The notes below the pieces were generated by a model, which ran no database searches, had not been told where the DNA came from, and was given only the letters and a program-made list of their open reading frames with translations. From positions 8,196,962 through 8,260,961 of the forward strand of contig NC_134034.1 of the NCBI RefSeq assembly GCF_964204645.1: a DNA stretch of 64,000 nt, read 5' to 3'. The stretch comes from Tubulanus polymorphus. Its lineage: Eukaryota; Animalia; Nemertea. Below are positions 27,161-41,164 of the stretch, piece after piece. The stretch's first letter is position 1. The number at the start of each line of letters is the position of its first letter. Position numbers and translations under genes: made by a program.

Positions 27161-28364
27161 GAACTAGAGGCCCCAAGCCTTGTGAAGTCTAGGCGTGGAT
27201 GTTGTGATATGCTACTTAGCCATTTGCTTACGAACATATCCAATTTGATTTTATTCAGCAAAAAATTATCAAACTAAATCAAGCTTTGTTCAGTATAAAT
27301 CAATCTTTGAGAGGAAAAATAATTAATTTAAAGCATATGCTACTTGTTGTGTTACTTTAAAAAAGTCAAATTTGTACTGTGTTAATAAAACAGGAGCTCG
27401 AGAGCACTGGACCTTTGGTCCTTTAGTTGCATATGGTCACCAGGGGGCGTTGAATATTGAAATTGTTAGATTGTTGAGCATTTGAAACCACTTCCCAAGT
27501 GGGCATGGCGTCCCTGGACCCCTAGTTATCCTTGGAGACCTATGTTGTACAGTAGGTGTCTATTTGAGTCATTGGGGAAAACCCTCTTCTATGTATATTC
27601 ATGATGAATTATCATTCAGTTGTGTGTTAATACTGCATGTATAGCGCTTTTCATGGAGATGGTGTCAATTGACTTGGACCAAAGATCCCGCCAAAAACAT
27701 CTGGTTGGTGTTTACATCAGATTTAATACAAAAAAGATATTATGGCAGCGACTTGAGAAAACACTATTTTACTCAACCCTTACACAATTGTCAAAGATAA
27801 ATTTTCTGTTGTGCATTTGAAAATTCCTTCCATAAACTGAGTCAATTCAAGATTTTACAAAAATCAAACTTGAAATGCTTATTTTAGTCATAAAACGAAC
27901 CCGGAAGTAAAATAGTGTATTATATTAAGACGATGATACGTGAACAGCTGCTGCTCGGCTCTGATTGGTTCTCTAAACTTATTTTTTCCACAAGGACTTA
28001 ATTTCTGTCTTGGCCGCGCGATTATGTTATTTAGATGTATTAATCAGTGTAAGGACTCAATCAAGTATTTATTCACAATGTTATTTCTGTAGAAACGATT
28101 TTGCTGTTTGCGTGCCGCTAAGTGATGTAGAGCTAAAAACGATCACTTACCGGCGACACGTGTGGTATTGTCCACACAGCAAAAAAAGTGCAATGCTGAC
28201 GGCTGACTACATTGTTGTTATATTCATCCGCACAGACACGAATGCATAAATAACGCACTAATCGAAAAAAATGGTTTAATCATGGCAATTCATTTATTCA
28301 TAATACAACCGACACAACCGATTTCAGGCATTGTCATAATAGCTCTCTCGATCCTCGAGAGCTA

Positions 28365-29350
28365 AAAACCAATGACCTTGAAACTTGACCTTGAAACAGC
28401 GCATAGATTATTATTTTAGTTATGCGCTATATAAGAAATAAACTATTATTATTATTATTATTATTAAGCTCACTACAATTATAGAACATGTCAGCAGCTA
28501 CGATTTTGTAATTGATTGTGATAACAAAATATGCCTCGTTACCAATTCAAAATGGAAATAATAAGTAATTCTACTATTCAATGCCCCCTCAGGGTCCCTA
28601 CAGATCAGTCATTCCAGAATTCAAGGCGTTTTCAAGGAGAAAATTCAAATTTCGACGAAGCACCTGCAAAAATTTCATATACCAATTACGGTAGACTTCT
28701 CCAAAATGAGTACTGTTTCTCAGTAAACCATTAAATTCTGTGGAATCAGCGCCAGTGTATATAACAACTAGAGTTTAAACATCAAATCTAACAGTTTTCT
28801 AATTACCAATCTCTCAGAATTCAAGGAGTTTTCAAGGGCTTTTGGGCAAATTTTGCTCAAATTCAAGGATAATCAAAGACCTTGAAAAACATTTTTGGTT
28901 TAGAAGGGGTTTTCAAGGAGTTGTAGGGACCCTGCCCCTGGTGACCATATGCCAAACCCAATGACCTTGAAACTCACCACAATAATAGAACATGTCATGA
29001 ACTACAACTTTGCAATTAATCATGTTAAACAAAATATGCCTAGGCACCAATATAATAAGGAAATACTAAGTTATTCTAATATTCAATGCCCCCTGGTGAC
29101 CATATAGAATAACTAATGTCCTTAAAACACACCACAATCATAGGCGATGTCATGAGCTACAACTTCGCAATTGATTGTGGTAACTAAATATGCTTAGGTA
29201 TCAATATTATGTGGAAAAATTTTTTCCCACCTACGAATGAGTACTGATGATACCAATATGGCCGCCAATTGTGTCATAATTGGCCAGATGGACGCACGAA
29301 AAGTGAAAACAATAGCCCGCTGGGACTAAAGTCCCAAGTGGGCAAAAAAA
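28365..29350 (+). mobile_element. HINE-like family A, internally deleted copy interrupted by a MITE
   Basis: 154-bp units and terminal hairpin present, core missing. Confidence 0.65.
28590..28934. mobile_element. hAT-like MITE with a 5-bp TSD, inserted in a family A tandem unit
   Basis: TIR CAGGGTCCCTACA...TGTAGGGACCCTG; TSD CCCCT; internal TTCAAG repeats. Confidence 0.75.
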
Positions 29351-29432
29351 AGAAATATATACCATGTATATACATGGTATATACCATGCATTAGACATCG
29401 TCACGCTGTTATCAAAATTTCCATCATTAAAA

Positions 29433-30633
29433 AAACTAGGGGTCCAGGGACACCATGCCCACTTGGGAAGTGGTTTCAAATGCTCAACGATTTCAATATT
29501 CAACGCCCCCTGGTGACAATATACTAAAACCAATGACCTTGAAACTCACCACAATCATAGAACATGTCATATGCTACGATTTTGTAATTGATTGTGATAA
29601 CAAAATATGCCTCGTTACCAATCTAATATGGAAATACTAAGTTATTCTACAAGTCAACGCCCCCTGGTGACCATATTGCAATTGATCATGGTAACAAAAT
29701 ATGCTTAGGTACCAATCTAATAAGGAAATACTAAGTTATTCTACTATTCAACGCCCCCTGGTACCATAAAGAATAACTTATGTCCTTAAAACTCACCACA
29801 ATCATGGACAATGTCATGAGCTACAACTTTGCAATTGATTGTGGTAACTAAATATGCATTGGTACAAATATAATATAGGAATACTAAGATATTATATTAT
29901 TCAACGCCCCTTGGTGGCCATATACAAAAACTAATGACCTTGAAACTCACCACAATCATAGAACACCTTATAAGCTACAACTTTCTAATTCATTGCAGTA
30001 ACAAAATATGCGTAGGTATCAATATAATGTCGAAAAACTTTTTCCCACCTACGAATGAGTACCGATAACACCAAGATGGCCGCCAATTGCGTCATAATTG
30101 GCTGACTAAAATACCTATCTCAGGTATAAAACATCCCTTTCCAAAGAATACCCTTCAGCAATTGTAATGAGAAATGGCAAACCAGTAGGAAGCTACAGGA
30201 CTCAGAATTTGGGCCAAAATTGACATTTTTGGGCACTAAAAAGGTCATAGGACGGCCATCTTGAGTCCGATCGACCCAATTTTTGTTATGCTTATGGGCC
30301 CTGAGGGGATTCGAATACATACGAAAGATCAAGGTAATTGATCAAGGCGTCTTCAAAATTTCCCTCAAAAAGTTCAAAAATGTATAAAAGTGCTGATTTT
30401 GGCAAACAACAATGGCTGCCAGTCGGCCATCTTGATTCTGACAGGGCCAGTTTTTGGGCTGGAGATGTGTCTAGGGTAGATACATGTGTAACCCAAATAT
30501 CAAGACATTACATTGAAGCGTCTTCAAAACTTCCCAAAATAACTGGATTCCGTCTACGGACGGACGGACGGACGATGGACGAAAAGTGAACGCAATAGCC
30601 CGCTGGGACTTAAGTCCCAAGTGGGCTAAAAAC
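29433..30633 (+). mobile_element. HINE-like family A, complete copy
   Basis: Same 5' end, tandem units, core and terminal hairpin as 39909-41164. Confidence 0.75.
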
Positions 30634-31449
30634 AATCATAAACCTACAGATTTGCATCATTTTTTCGAAATTCAAGGCCCTAAAATCAATTTTCAAGACC
30701 AAAGTGCTAAATTCAAGGCTTTTCAAGCCCTTGAATTTCCTTTTGACAATTCAAGGATTTCAAGGCCTGCTATGAACCGTGCCACGGCATAGGCCAATGA
30801 CCATGCAGTCCATGAGGTACAAGCTTCACATCCATCATTTAACACGAGTGTTTTGAAGCTGTTCACAGACTGAACCTTAAGGCCAACTGTTAGCCGTACC
30901 CTGAGGGCCTATAGCTAGTCTTAGGATTGACCAAGTGGGACAGGAAAACAATATTCAACAGCGGAAGAACGACAGTTACGCAAGATTAATAATTATGGGC
31001 ATTTTGGGCTTGACAATTTTGATCCCGTGAGACAATGACATAAAACAACTACAGCTTTAGCATAAACTACTCGGGACAGTAAGATTAAAGTATTAATTCG
31101 TTTGAGAAATCTTAATCTGATCTCTCACCAACAAGTTATATAAGTAGCGACATGCAAATGACTCATCTACTCACTACCATCTTCTATTCCTCCCAAAAAC
31201 CAAATCAACTTAAGATTTCACAAAAATCGATCTTGAAAAACAATTTCGAATCTTAAAATAAAACCAGGAAGTTAAGCAGTACACAATACCGCAGGTGAAG
31301 CTGCTGATGTATGTGGCCAAGCCAATCATCGAGGAGTCTTGCTTTCTGATTGGCTTCTGATATTTTTGCCTTCAGATTTTCGCAAAAAAAGCTCACATAC
31401 ATTCATCCTCTCTCGGCAGGGATTCGAACCTCGTGTTATCGCTACGCTC

Positions 31450-31690
31450 AGCCACGGCACGAACCCCTGCCACAGTAGACGGGTGCGCAGATGCGCAGCT
31501 TTGTCGCAGGTAAACTTGCGGCACCAATCATATTGCTCGTTGTATAGCCGAGGCAAATTAAACGGAAGAACTATAAACGGAAAAACCCGGGTTAAAATAA
31601 AACAGGATTTCTGATTGGTTAATAATGACATCTAAGCTGCGCATGTAGCTGCGCACTCGGTCTCGTGTGGCAGGGTTTTGTACCGTGGCA
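31450..31690. mobile_element. Small fold-back element within a family B fragment
   Basis: GCCACGGCACGAACCCCTGCCAC...GTGGCAGGGTTTTGTACCGTGGC imperfect inverted repeat. Confidence 0.5.
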
Positions 31691-32529
31691 ATCCCGATGC
31701 CGATAGAATTTGGAGAATGGATAATGAATAAATGAATGAGTTGTATGAATATATGCTCAGTTGCACAGTCAAAGGGCCATTCCTCTGGAAACCATGTCAG
31801 TTAAATTTGCTCCATTTGAATAGTCATAGTAATCAAAGAAGAAAATCAGCACGCCCGCCCACCTGGACTGTCACAGGGGACAACAATACCCCCACGCCCT
31901 ACGGCCAAGGGTTAAAAATCGAATATTACAGGCTGGTCATAGTGCCCCATGGGGCTCTTGTTTTAAAGACGCAGAGAAATCCCTGAATTTTTACAATAAT
32001 GCAGCGCGCTCACGGAAAACGTTTAGAAGTATTGACATATAGAGGCTTTACTGGGTGACAGGGAAATATGAAGTCTATGTATATACAATTATTGATGTAC
32101 GTAATAAAATTGAGCACCTGAACCTGGAATTGGCTAAGATGAAAGGGAATATCGCTTGGAAAACAGCCAATACTTGATAAGAAAATTGACTCCAGATAAT
32201 AGCATGAAGGAAAATTTAAGCATTGCGTATCTTTTATTTGCATGGTTGGCCGCCGCACTATATACCCCTTAGCGAGAACATTGATATCAAGACAATCCAT
32301 TGAAGCGTCTACTAACAGGCGACGGACAAAAAGTGAACGCAATAGCCCACTGAGACTAAAACGCATGTGAACTAAAAACATCTCAAATGGTAGACAAATG
32401 AATTTATATCAAATATCAAGATAATGAATCAAAGGATGTTATTGAAAAGATGAGCTTTGATGAACTTATGAAAAAATGATGCTACAAGTTAACACACGCA
32501 GTAGCTATTCAACTTTCTGTTATACTTAC

Positions 32530-32599
32530 TTCCGGAACAACATCTTTGAAAAATTCTAATTTAAATGCATACTCTTTCTCTTCTGGACCAGCAGCACAG
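32530..32599 (-). CDS. PTGES3: p23/PTGES3 exon 3 (CAAGPEEKEYAFKLEFFKDVVPE)
   Basis: tttttag acceptor, gtaagt donor, 70 nt, phase 2 to 0, continues the frame from exon 2. Confidence 0.92.
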
Positions 32600-33932
32600 C
32601 TAAAAAATACAAATACGAACGCAATGAATGAATTAAGACAGTTTAAATGCAATAGGCCTACTCTGAAAGCCACTGAATCCATGGATTTGGATGCTGCGGT
32701 CACGAATATCATCTCAAAATGAACACAAATATTTATTTCCCAAGATTTCCATACGCCCTTCATGAAAATAATCATCTTAACCCTTGGATACTGAAGGGCT
32801 TTCCCAGTACTGGCCATATACCCCGCTGTACTGAGCCAGAAATCGAAATTTTTAGCGATTTTACTAAAACCCCTGGTATAAAGATACCGTAAGTGATGAA
32901 AGGGGTATTGTACCTAGAGGGCAATGTAGTGGCCAAACATTCTGGTGATAAAAAATAAATTTTTGTTATATGCCTAGGTACCAATCTAATGAGGAAATAT
33001 TAAGTTATTCTACTATCGGGAGATTCTCCTAAAAGTACCCTAGATTTGTGTGAAAAATTAAATTTGCTATAGAAAGCCAATTAAGGTGTCAAATATAAGC
33101 AAACACCCTATATTTCAGGATTCTAATGTGAAGTTCTCTACCCAATCAAAAATATGAAATTTCTCCTACCAAAGTCATATCCTGAAAATAATTGTGAAAT
33201 GCGTCACTGGGCACGATAAGGTTAGGGGCCTTTATGAATCGAATTGAATGAAGTTTCAATGATTTTTGTTATTTTACATAGAATCTATAAGTGTCTAATG
33301 ATTAAAAATAACAAGAAAATGAGTTTAAAGCTATTTCATTATTCACTAGCCTCAAATAAGAATCTGTTGTATTTTGCATGTCCTGTACAACACCACAACT
33401 ACCTTTTTATAAATTTCCAGAGTTAAAAGTGACCCATTTGCTTACTGAATCCAATTTCTTCTTAGTATATCTTACTATTCTGATAGTCAAAATCATCATG
33501 GTTACCATGGGGTATCCACAAACTGCTAAATGATTTTGTCCTGTACAACACAGATATAATAAGGCCTTTAAATCAACTTTAATGAATCATACTTTGCAAT
33601 TTAATGGTGGAAGATGTTAGATAATGTGGCTGTTTACAGACACTTACCTCGAACCATTTTTATACCTTATTTTTTACTACTTTTTAGGACCAATTTTTAC
33701 TATTTAATACGTGTGCCTCAAAGTTTATTGATAAAATTTTATTTTAGATTAATTTTATAAAATATAAGTAATAATCTTGCCAATTATGATTTCTTGAATG
33801 TTCCCTGGTCACTTAGAATATTAATAACCTGTGTCTTAGCACCGGTGAATCAGTTTTGATCATTTATTCAATGAGATTCTCCCTCTGTTGTACAGGACGT
33901 ATACTACCTTTTCAGCTGAAAAAGTGCAAGGC

Positions 33933-35000
33933 CAGTGCTTCGTCTAGCCAAAAATAGAAGGGCGAACCGCCCCGCCCCCGAAAATAGCCGCCCTTGTGCC
34001 CTTCAGATGTGTCCCATGCTCGCCCTTGTGCCCTCATCACTTGCCGTAGGTCCGCCATCCTGCCCTTGTCAGTCACAAGTAATGAGTCAGGGCTTTCAAA
34101 ATAAGCCGAAGCATCCGACTGTTAGTAAGTTTCCTGCGACGGCTATGAAATATCTCGTATGATATCAACGATAGTAGCTCATGTGATCAGTGGTTATATT
34201 CAAATGTTCTGCAGTCAGTGTGCATCGTGTGAAAACGTGCCTCAGACGCGTGGCCTAGTTTAAGTTTCCAGGAAATTGGCTGACTTCCAAACTACTGCCA
34301 ATCATTCTAGCGATGCCGTTGTAAAGCTAGTAGTGTATATTCGATGGATTGTTTCGTTTTGAACACATCGTGATGCTCTGGATCTTTTTATCTAGACTAT
34401 TTGACAAATTTTTTTTTATACAAGGTGAAAAACTTTGTTCGGTGAACTCGCAGAGAGACTCGCACAGACAATTAGTTTGAGTAGCCTTATAGCAATAATG
34501 TGTTCTTAAGCTGACTGCTTACCAATTATCAACAGTTACTTGCCAATCACTAACACTATCAATTTAAATCAATTAATTTGATATTTCTAAGATTAGAAGT
34601 ATGCAATTTCATGTAGGCCTATACACTATTGCTGGCTTTTTTTCGCTGTATCATTTGCTTTTTGAGATTGCTTTTTTCTGCTGTTTTCAGTCTGCAACTG
34701 GTTTTCCAAATCATTTTGAAAGCCTTATCTAGATTAACTTTTGTTCATTGACAGGCATAGGTGTAAGGATGTACTGTGGTCAAGTGTGTCACTCATGGCA
34801 TAATCAGATTTAAACATAGTTTCTAGTCCTCAATCGTAGTAGGGGGTACCTCGATTCTATGCAATAGGGAACATTGCAGTTTGCCCTTAAAACAGACGTG
34901 AGTGCGTTATTATGTGCCCTTGTTCCGATGGAATCACGCACAAAAATGCCCTTGTTTGAAATCAGCACCCTGCCCTTTTTTAATGCTAGATGAAGCACTG
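33933..35000. mobile_element. hAT-like non-autonomous element with a 5-bp TSD
   Basis: TIR CAGTGCTTCGTCTAGC...GCTAGATGAAGCACTG; AAGGC on both sides; repeated TGCCCTT subterminal motifs. Confidence 0.7.
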
Positions 35001-35554
35001 AAGGCATAGTTATATTTCAATCAGTTTTGGCACTTTTGTACTCAAGGATGTTATCTATCATCACGCTGCAAAAAGAACGTCAGGCAGCAAATAGATTATG
35101 TTACCCTTTGTACCAGAAGAAAATATCATCATTCAAAAATAGTGTTGTACAGGACAGTGATGAACCAAGCTCACAAAGGGCACTTATTTGCTGGAGATTT
35201 TCATTTTAAAGGTTGGAAAATAGATGTTGGGAAGAGGTGAAGGTAATATATAGCTTATATGACACTTAATAAACTGAAACAAGTGAATTTTTTTACATTA
35301 GAAATTTTGTCCTGTACAACACTGTCTTGTACAACACGATGGGTATCATCAATCAATTAGTCCTAGTTTCAATTCGCATCACAGAATTACTCTATAACTC
35401 TGGGATGTGATAGTTAACTTCCATAGGTATCTGCACAAGCCTAATTGCCTTCATATCTATCCAAACTTAACAGAAATTTTCATTCAAACTTTTCATCTGA
35501 AAATGCTTGATTTGTGTCCATCCAGTACAACACTATTTTTGGATGGCTATATTT

Positions 35555-36717
35555 TTTGACGCCTTATAAAACGTTACCATTATGAAACCTAAACAATGTT
35601 AACCATTCAGCGTCATTTTACAAACGACAGCCGTAAATCGATGTGCAAAACGTCACAGGTCTATGTGTACACAAACAAGCTATCTGGCAAAATATTATTG
35701 ACATAGATGTAGAATGGCTTCCTGTGATTATATAATGACCTATATTTGAACGTCGAAATGTTATATTGCATTGAATATCATGATAAGAGGTATTGTAATA
35801 GTAAAGGATGTATGATTATATCAGAAGCGGCAGGCATAAATAGAAATGATAAGTAAATCGGATTATTCGGTTAAATGGCGGATGTATACACGATTTGGAA
35901 GTCTGATATAAAAGTCAGACCCTGACGTGGGTATGCCGGTGGAATGACGAAGCTATCTACGATGTGTGTAGGGCCGGCGTGAATTTCATCAGCGGCTACA
36001 AGTGGTCAATATGGAAATGTGTAAACATATAATTTCAATATTCAAACGTTTTAGAAAATATGTTTGATATTAGGAGTATGCAGGTTTCGTGAGATTAGCA
36101 ATTTAAAATAGCATAGCTGTCATATACGGCTCCGCGTCCTCTGATGGCATGTATATTAGGTGACAATTTAATTCAATTCTTTATTGATCCTTATTACATT
36201 GAAATTCCGGGATAAAATTCCCAAATTCAATAAATACAAATTTTAAAATAAATTAATACAACATACATGACACACGGGTAATTCATACAGAACATAAGCA
36301 TGTTATTTTAAATGACAATGTCTACTTCAACCCACCCAGACTCAAGACTCTAGGATATCGAGTGACAGCCAAACCCGTGGCCCGGGCCCGGGGACCGGGC
36401 CGGCTGGCTAGGCCACACGATATGCTCGAAGTCATGATGAAGCAGACATCAGAAGAGCTCTTTCTTCAACCATGGAGGCAATGAAGTTGCAGACCAGCTT
36501 AGAGGCCTAAGTAAATGAAGTCGGTCGCAAGTTCGCGATCAATTATTGAGAATTTTCAATAAAAAAAATTTAAACCACTACTAGAGTCGAAGACCTGTAT
36601 CATCTACCCAATCGCCAAATCTCATCATTCCCCAAATTTCTTAAAACTTCGATTTCAAATTTGCAATTCCACATTAGCTTAGCCCAGAAATTCTACATTT
36701 TTTTCGCAGGCGTCAAA
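35555..36717 (+). mobile_element. Non-autonomous TIR element of about 1.15 kb, superfamily not assigned
   Basis: Ends TTTGACGCCT...AGGCGTCAAA; full-length inverted copy at 55793-56900. Confidence 0.75.
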
Positions 36718-39700
36718 TAATAAATTTCTAAAATTAATTTTCTTGTTTCTTGTAACTATCAGAATCTTTTTGCTGCCTGATGATGGACAACCTCCCTAAG
36801 TACCAAAGAACCAGAACACATTGAAATTGAAGGGTGCCTTGTAGTTCTTATAGATGAAAATGTAGTGTAAGTGTCCTGTACAACACAGGGAGAATTGCCC
36901 TATTCAACGCCCCCTGGTGACTACATAGAATGAGCTACAACTTTGCAATTGATTGTGGTAAAAAAATATGCATAGGTACGAATATAATATAGAAATACTA
37001 AGTTATTGTATTATTCAACGCCCCCTGGTGGCCATGTACAAAAACCAATGAAATTGAAACTCACCAAAATCATAGAACACTTTGTGGGCTACAACTTTCT
37101 AATTCATTGTTGTAACAAAATACGCTTAGGTATCAATATAATGTCGAAAAACTTTTTCCCACCTATGAATGAGTACTAATGACACCAAGATGGCCGCCAA
37201 TTGCATCATAATTGGCTGATCAAAAATAATAAATGCTGATGGGCCTGGGGGGGGGGGTTTCAAATGTATACGAAAGATCGAGGTAATTGATCAAGGCGTC
37301 TTCAAAATATCCCTCAAAAAGTTCAAAAATGTGAAAAAAGTGCTGACTTTGGCGTACAACAATGGCTGCCAGTCGGCCATCTTGATTCTGACAGGGCCAG
37401 TTTTTGGGCTGAAGATGTGTCTAGGGTAGATACATGTATAACCAACCAAATATCAAGAAATTACCTTGAAGCGTCTTTTAAACTTCCCAAACTGGATTCT
37501 GTCTACGTATGGACGGACGGACGAACAGTGAACGCAATAGCCCGCTGGAACTAAAGTCCCAAGTGGGCTAAAAAAGTGACTTATAATAATCAGAGTAATG
37601 ATTGAGCCCCATCTTATAGAAGTCCCCGGATTCATTGATAAGTGAATTGCATTTACACTAACACGGCTCTGTTATGGCACGTGCACGACGATGATTTATG
37701 GACGATACAAAGCTGGAAATTATTTTTAAGGCATGCGACCCTCCGTCGGAGATAAAAGCTTAATTTGGACTCATCATTGGTGATAGCCCAGATAAAACAA
37801 TTGAACAAGTCTTAGTTTTTGACAATTATTTAGAAATGAATATTTATTTTCTAAGCACCGCGATTGGGCTGCAAAGCCATCCATCATCATTCTAAAATTA
37901 ATCGAGGAAGCATTCAGCAAAAAATGCAAGCCATCACAGAGCTGCCTCTGTAAGCTACAACGTGGCAACGTTATTCATGGAGTGCACGACAAACCTTGAC
38001 CTCTCGCGATAAATTGAAACGATATTTAGTTGTAAATCGTTGCCCAAAACGTCAGTCGTATGACGTAACTCGTAAAACATAAAACGTAATTCGTAATGTC
38101 GTTTCAGGGCTTCCATACTCATCTGCTACGACAATTATTCAGCCTGTTATGATACCAAACATGCACGCGCCAAGCAGCGTTACAGCATCACCATATAGTA
38201 GTCTGTATGAGCGTGTGTTTGTGTGTGCAACAGTCTGATGTTCAGCGCACGTGGAGGCCTTGTGTAGTGAACATTCGCTTCACTTCAATCTCAATCAACA
38301 CAATCACTGGGTATCAAAATGAAACAACACCTATGGCATTATGTGAAATAATTATATTCTCACCAGCAATGAGCATTTAAAATTCGCACATATACGGCAC
38401 CTAGTCCAACCAGAAAGAAACTTTCCATGATGGGTTTCTGTGTAATTGTTTCTGTTTCATTCACCGAACTCGCTGTCAAAAAGGCGATTCTCGATATAAA
38501 TAGTAATGGGTTTCCCCGCGGGATACCCGCTTTGGGAAAGGCACCTGAATCGATGCTACGAGTTCGAATCCCAATATTCAGACGTAATTTATTATTCTTT
38601 GAAATAAATTCTTAGAATTTCTATTTATGATAGGATGTGCAGGTTTTGATTTGGTAATGATGTTAATAAAAGTTAACCTCTTAAGGTATTGTTTTCTATC
38701 TATTATTTGTGACGGATTAGTTTCGATGCTCCTCACAACCCGCCCCACCACGTGTCACTTATTCACGGACGCGCGGGTTGTATCATTTGTAATAGGTCTA
38801 CCACATGAAAGAGTCCATGGCCTGCCGTAGAATAGTAGGGCCTACCGATCACGCTATGTGCGATGAAAGTAGTGTTTGAAAAAAACAAATTTTTAATGAA
38901 ATAAACATTATTCATCATAATTAATCAATAGATCAGGTGCCGCCTAAATAATTGTTTGTTTCGTGAAATTTGTACAAAACTTCGTCATGTCTTGTGACCC
39001 TGAAAATACTAGAAGAATCATCGGTAAGCTTATAAAACGGCGAGGTCAACATAGTAACAACAACTTCGGGGATTGAAAAAAAAAACTCAAAAGAATTATC
39101 TTTTATACTGATGAGTTATACTGATGGGGAGTAGCGACCGTCATTGACACCGGTTATTTATCCATTCACTATCAAATGTGACGAGCCCAATAAATGATTG
39201 GGCATAGATTCGGCCTCTCAGCATTTAGCACAGCAGTTCCGAGAAGTGTTAAGACCGATCAGCGCGCGCGCTATCTAAAACCGGTGCTAGTACGATCAAT
39301 ATCTACAGGTATATACGTGTTCAGTATTACACAGCGAGTACCAGTATGTTGATCGAGCGTCGTCGTAGCAACGCGCTATACAGCGGCTTGAACTAGCGAG
39401 TAACGTTAATTATCTTTTAACCAAATTAGAGCACTTATAACCATCGGAATCAAATATAAACCAAGCTGCACCATCTACATCAAGTAGAGAATACCTGTGT
39501 GAAATTACAGAATCGTCGGTCCACACAAACAGCTTAAATCGTGTCATAAAGAAACATCCACAGACGGACAGACAGACAGACATGATGACGATGCCATAGA
39601 TGGGTTCGTCTGACGACGAAACCCATCAATAAAACATTTGCCAATAATGGCTTTCCCATAATTATTTTAGTAGCGCCGGAATTCCCTGTATATCCCAAAA

Positions 39701-39908
39701 ACAGCCAATCACAATCGCTCGTAGAGACGACGCCCCCCAATCGAGGTTATTGCAATTTTATACACAAGAGTTAAGAATTTTCTCGCCAAAAACAGTTTTT
39801 CCTCGAATTTAAAACAAAGCTGACCATGTCATCGACGGAGGTTCGTCATGTCTTCAATCGCATCGATTATAAGTTGTTTAACCCGAGAACCAATGAAAAA
39901 AAACACAT

Positions 39909-41164
39909 AAACTAGGGGTCCAGGGATACCATGCCCACTTGGGAAGTGGTTCCAAATGCTCAACAATCTAACAATTTCAATATTCAACGCCCCCTGGTGA
40001 CCATATACAGAATCCAATGACCTTGAAACTCACCACAATCATAGAACATGTCAGCAGCTACGATTTTGTAATTGATTGTGATAACAAAATATGCCTTGTT
40101 ACCACTTTAATATGGAAATACCAAGTTATTCTACTATTCAACGCCCCCTGGTGACCATATTCAAAACCCAATGACCTTGAAACTCACCACAATCATAGAA
40201 AATGTCACGAACTATAACTTTGTAATTGATCATGGTAACAAAATATGCCTAGGTACCAATATAATAAGGAAATACTAAGTTATTCTACTATTCAACGCCC
40301 CCTGATGACCATATAGAATAACTAATGACCTTGAAACTCACCACAATCATAGAAAATGTCACGAACTATAACTTTGTAATTGATTGTGGTTACAAAATAT
40401 GCATTGATACGAATATAATATAGAAATACTAAGTTTTGCATTATTCAACGCCCCCTGGTGGCCATATACAAAAACCAATGACCTTGAAACTCACCACAAT
40501 CATAGAACACGTTATGAGCTACAACTTTCTAAATGATTGTGGTAACAAAATACGCTTAGGTATCAATATAATGTGGAAAATACTTTTTCCCACTTACGAA
40601 TGAGTACTGCTGACACCAAGATGGCCGCCAATTGCGTCATAATTGGCTGATGAAAAATACCTGTCTCAGGTATAAAACATCCCTTTCCAAAGAATACCCA
40701 TCACAAATTGCAATGAGAAATGATAAACCAGTAGGAAGCTACAGGACTCAGAATTTGAGCCAAAATTAACATTTTTGGGCACTAAAAAGGTCATAGGACG
40801 GCCATCTTGAGTCCGATCGACCCAATTTTTGTTATGCTGATGGGCCCTGGGGGAATTCACATATATCCGAAAGATCAAGGTAATTGATCAAAGCGTCTTC
40901 AAAATTTCCCTCAAAAAGTTCAAAAATGTGTAAAAAGTGCTGATTTTGGCGAACAACAATGGCTGCCAGTCGGCCATCTTGAATCTGACAGGGCCAGTTT
41001 TTTGGCTGAAGATGTGTCTAGGGTAGATACATGTGTAACCCAAATATCAAGACATTACCTTGAAGCGTCTTCAAAACTTCCCAAAATAACTGGATTCTGT
41101 CTACGGACGGACGAAAAGTGAACGCAATAACCCGCTGGGACTAAAGTCCCAAGTGGGCTAAAAA
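39909..41164 (+). mobile_element. Helentron/HINE-like non-autonomous element, family A (complete copy with about 4 internal 154-bp tandem units)
   Basis: Starts AAACTAGGGGTCCAGGGA; unit starts at 39981, 40135, 40289, 40442; conserved core; (GGAC)n microsatellite; 3' hairpin CCCGCTGGGACT-AA-AGTCCCAAGTGGG then TAAAAA; no TSD, A-rich flanks. A partial duplicate of the 3' part follows at 41227-41468. Confidence 0.75.

Larger units (their letters stand above)
32955..37575 (+). mobile_element. HINE-like family A copy split at 33017/36901 by a 3.9-kb nest of DNA-transposon remnants
   Basis: The unit sequence taagttattctac|tattcaacgccccctgg is restored when 33018-36900 is removed; the insert ends in GGGAGATTCTCC...GGAGAATTGCCC. 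Confidence 0.65.

Noticed and set aside
39175-39210. Hammerhead-like TGACGAG-CCCAA...TTGGGC
   Set aside because: Lacks the initial C and the GAAA half of the core; at best a dead remnant.
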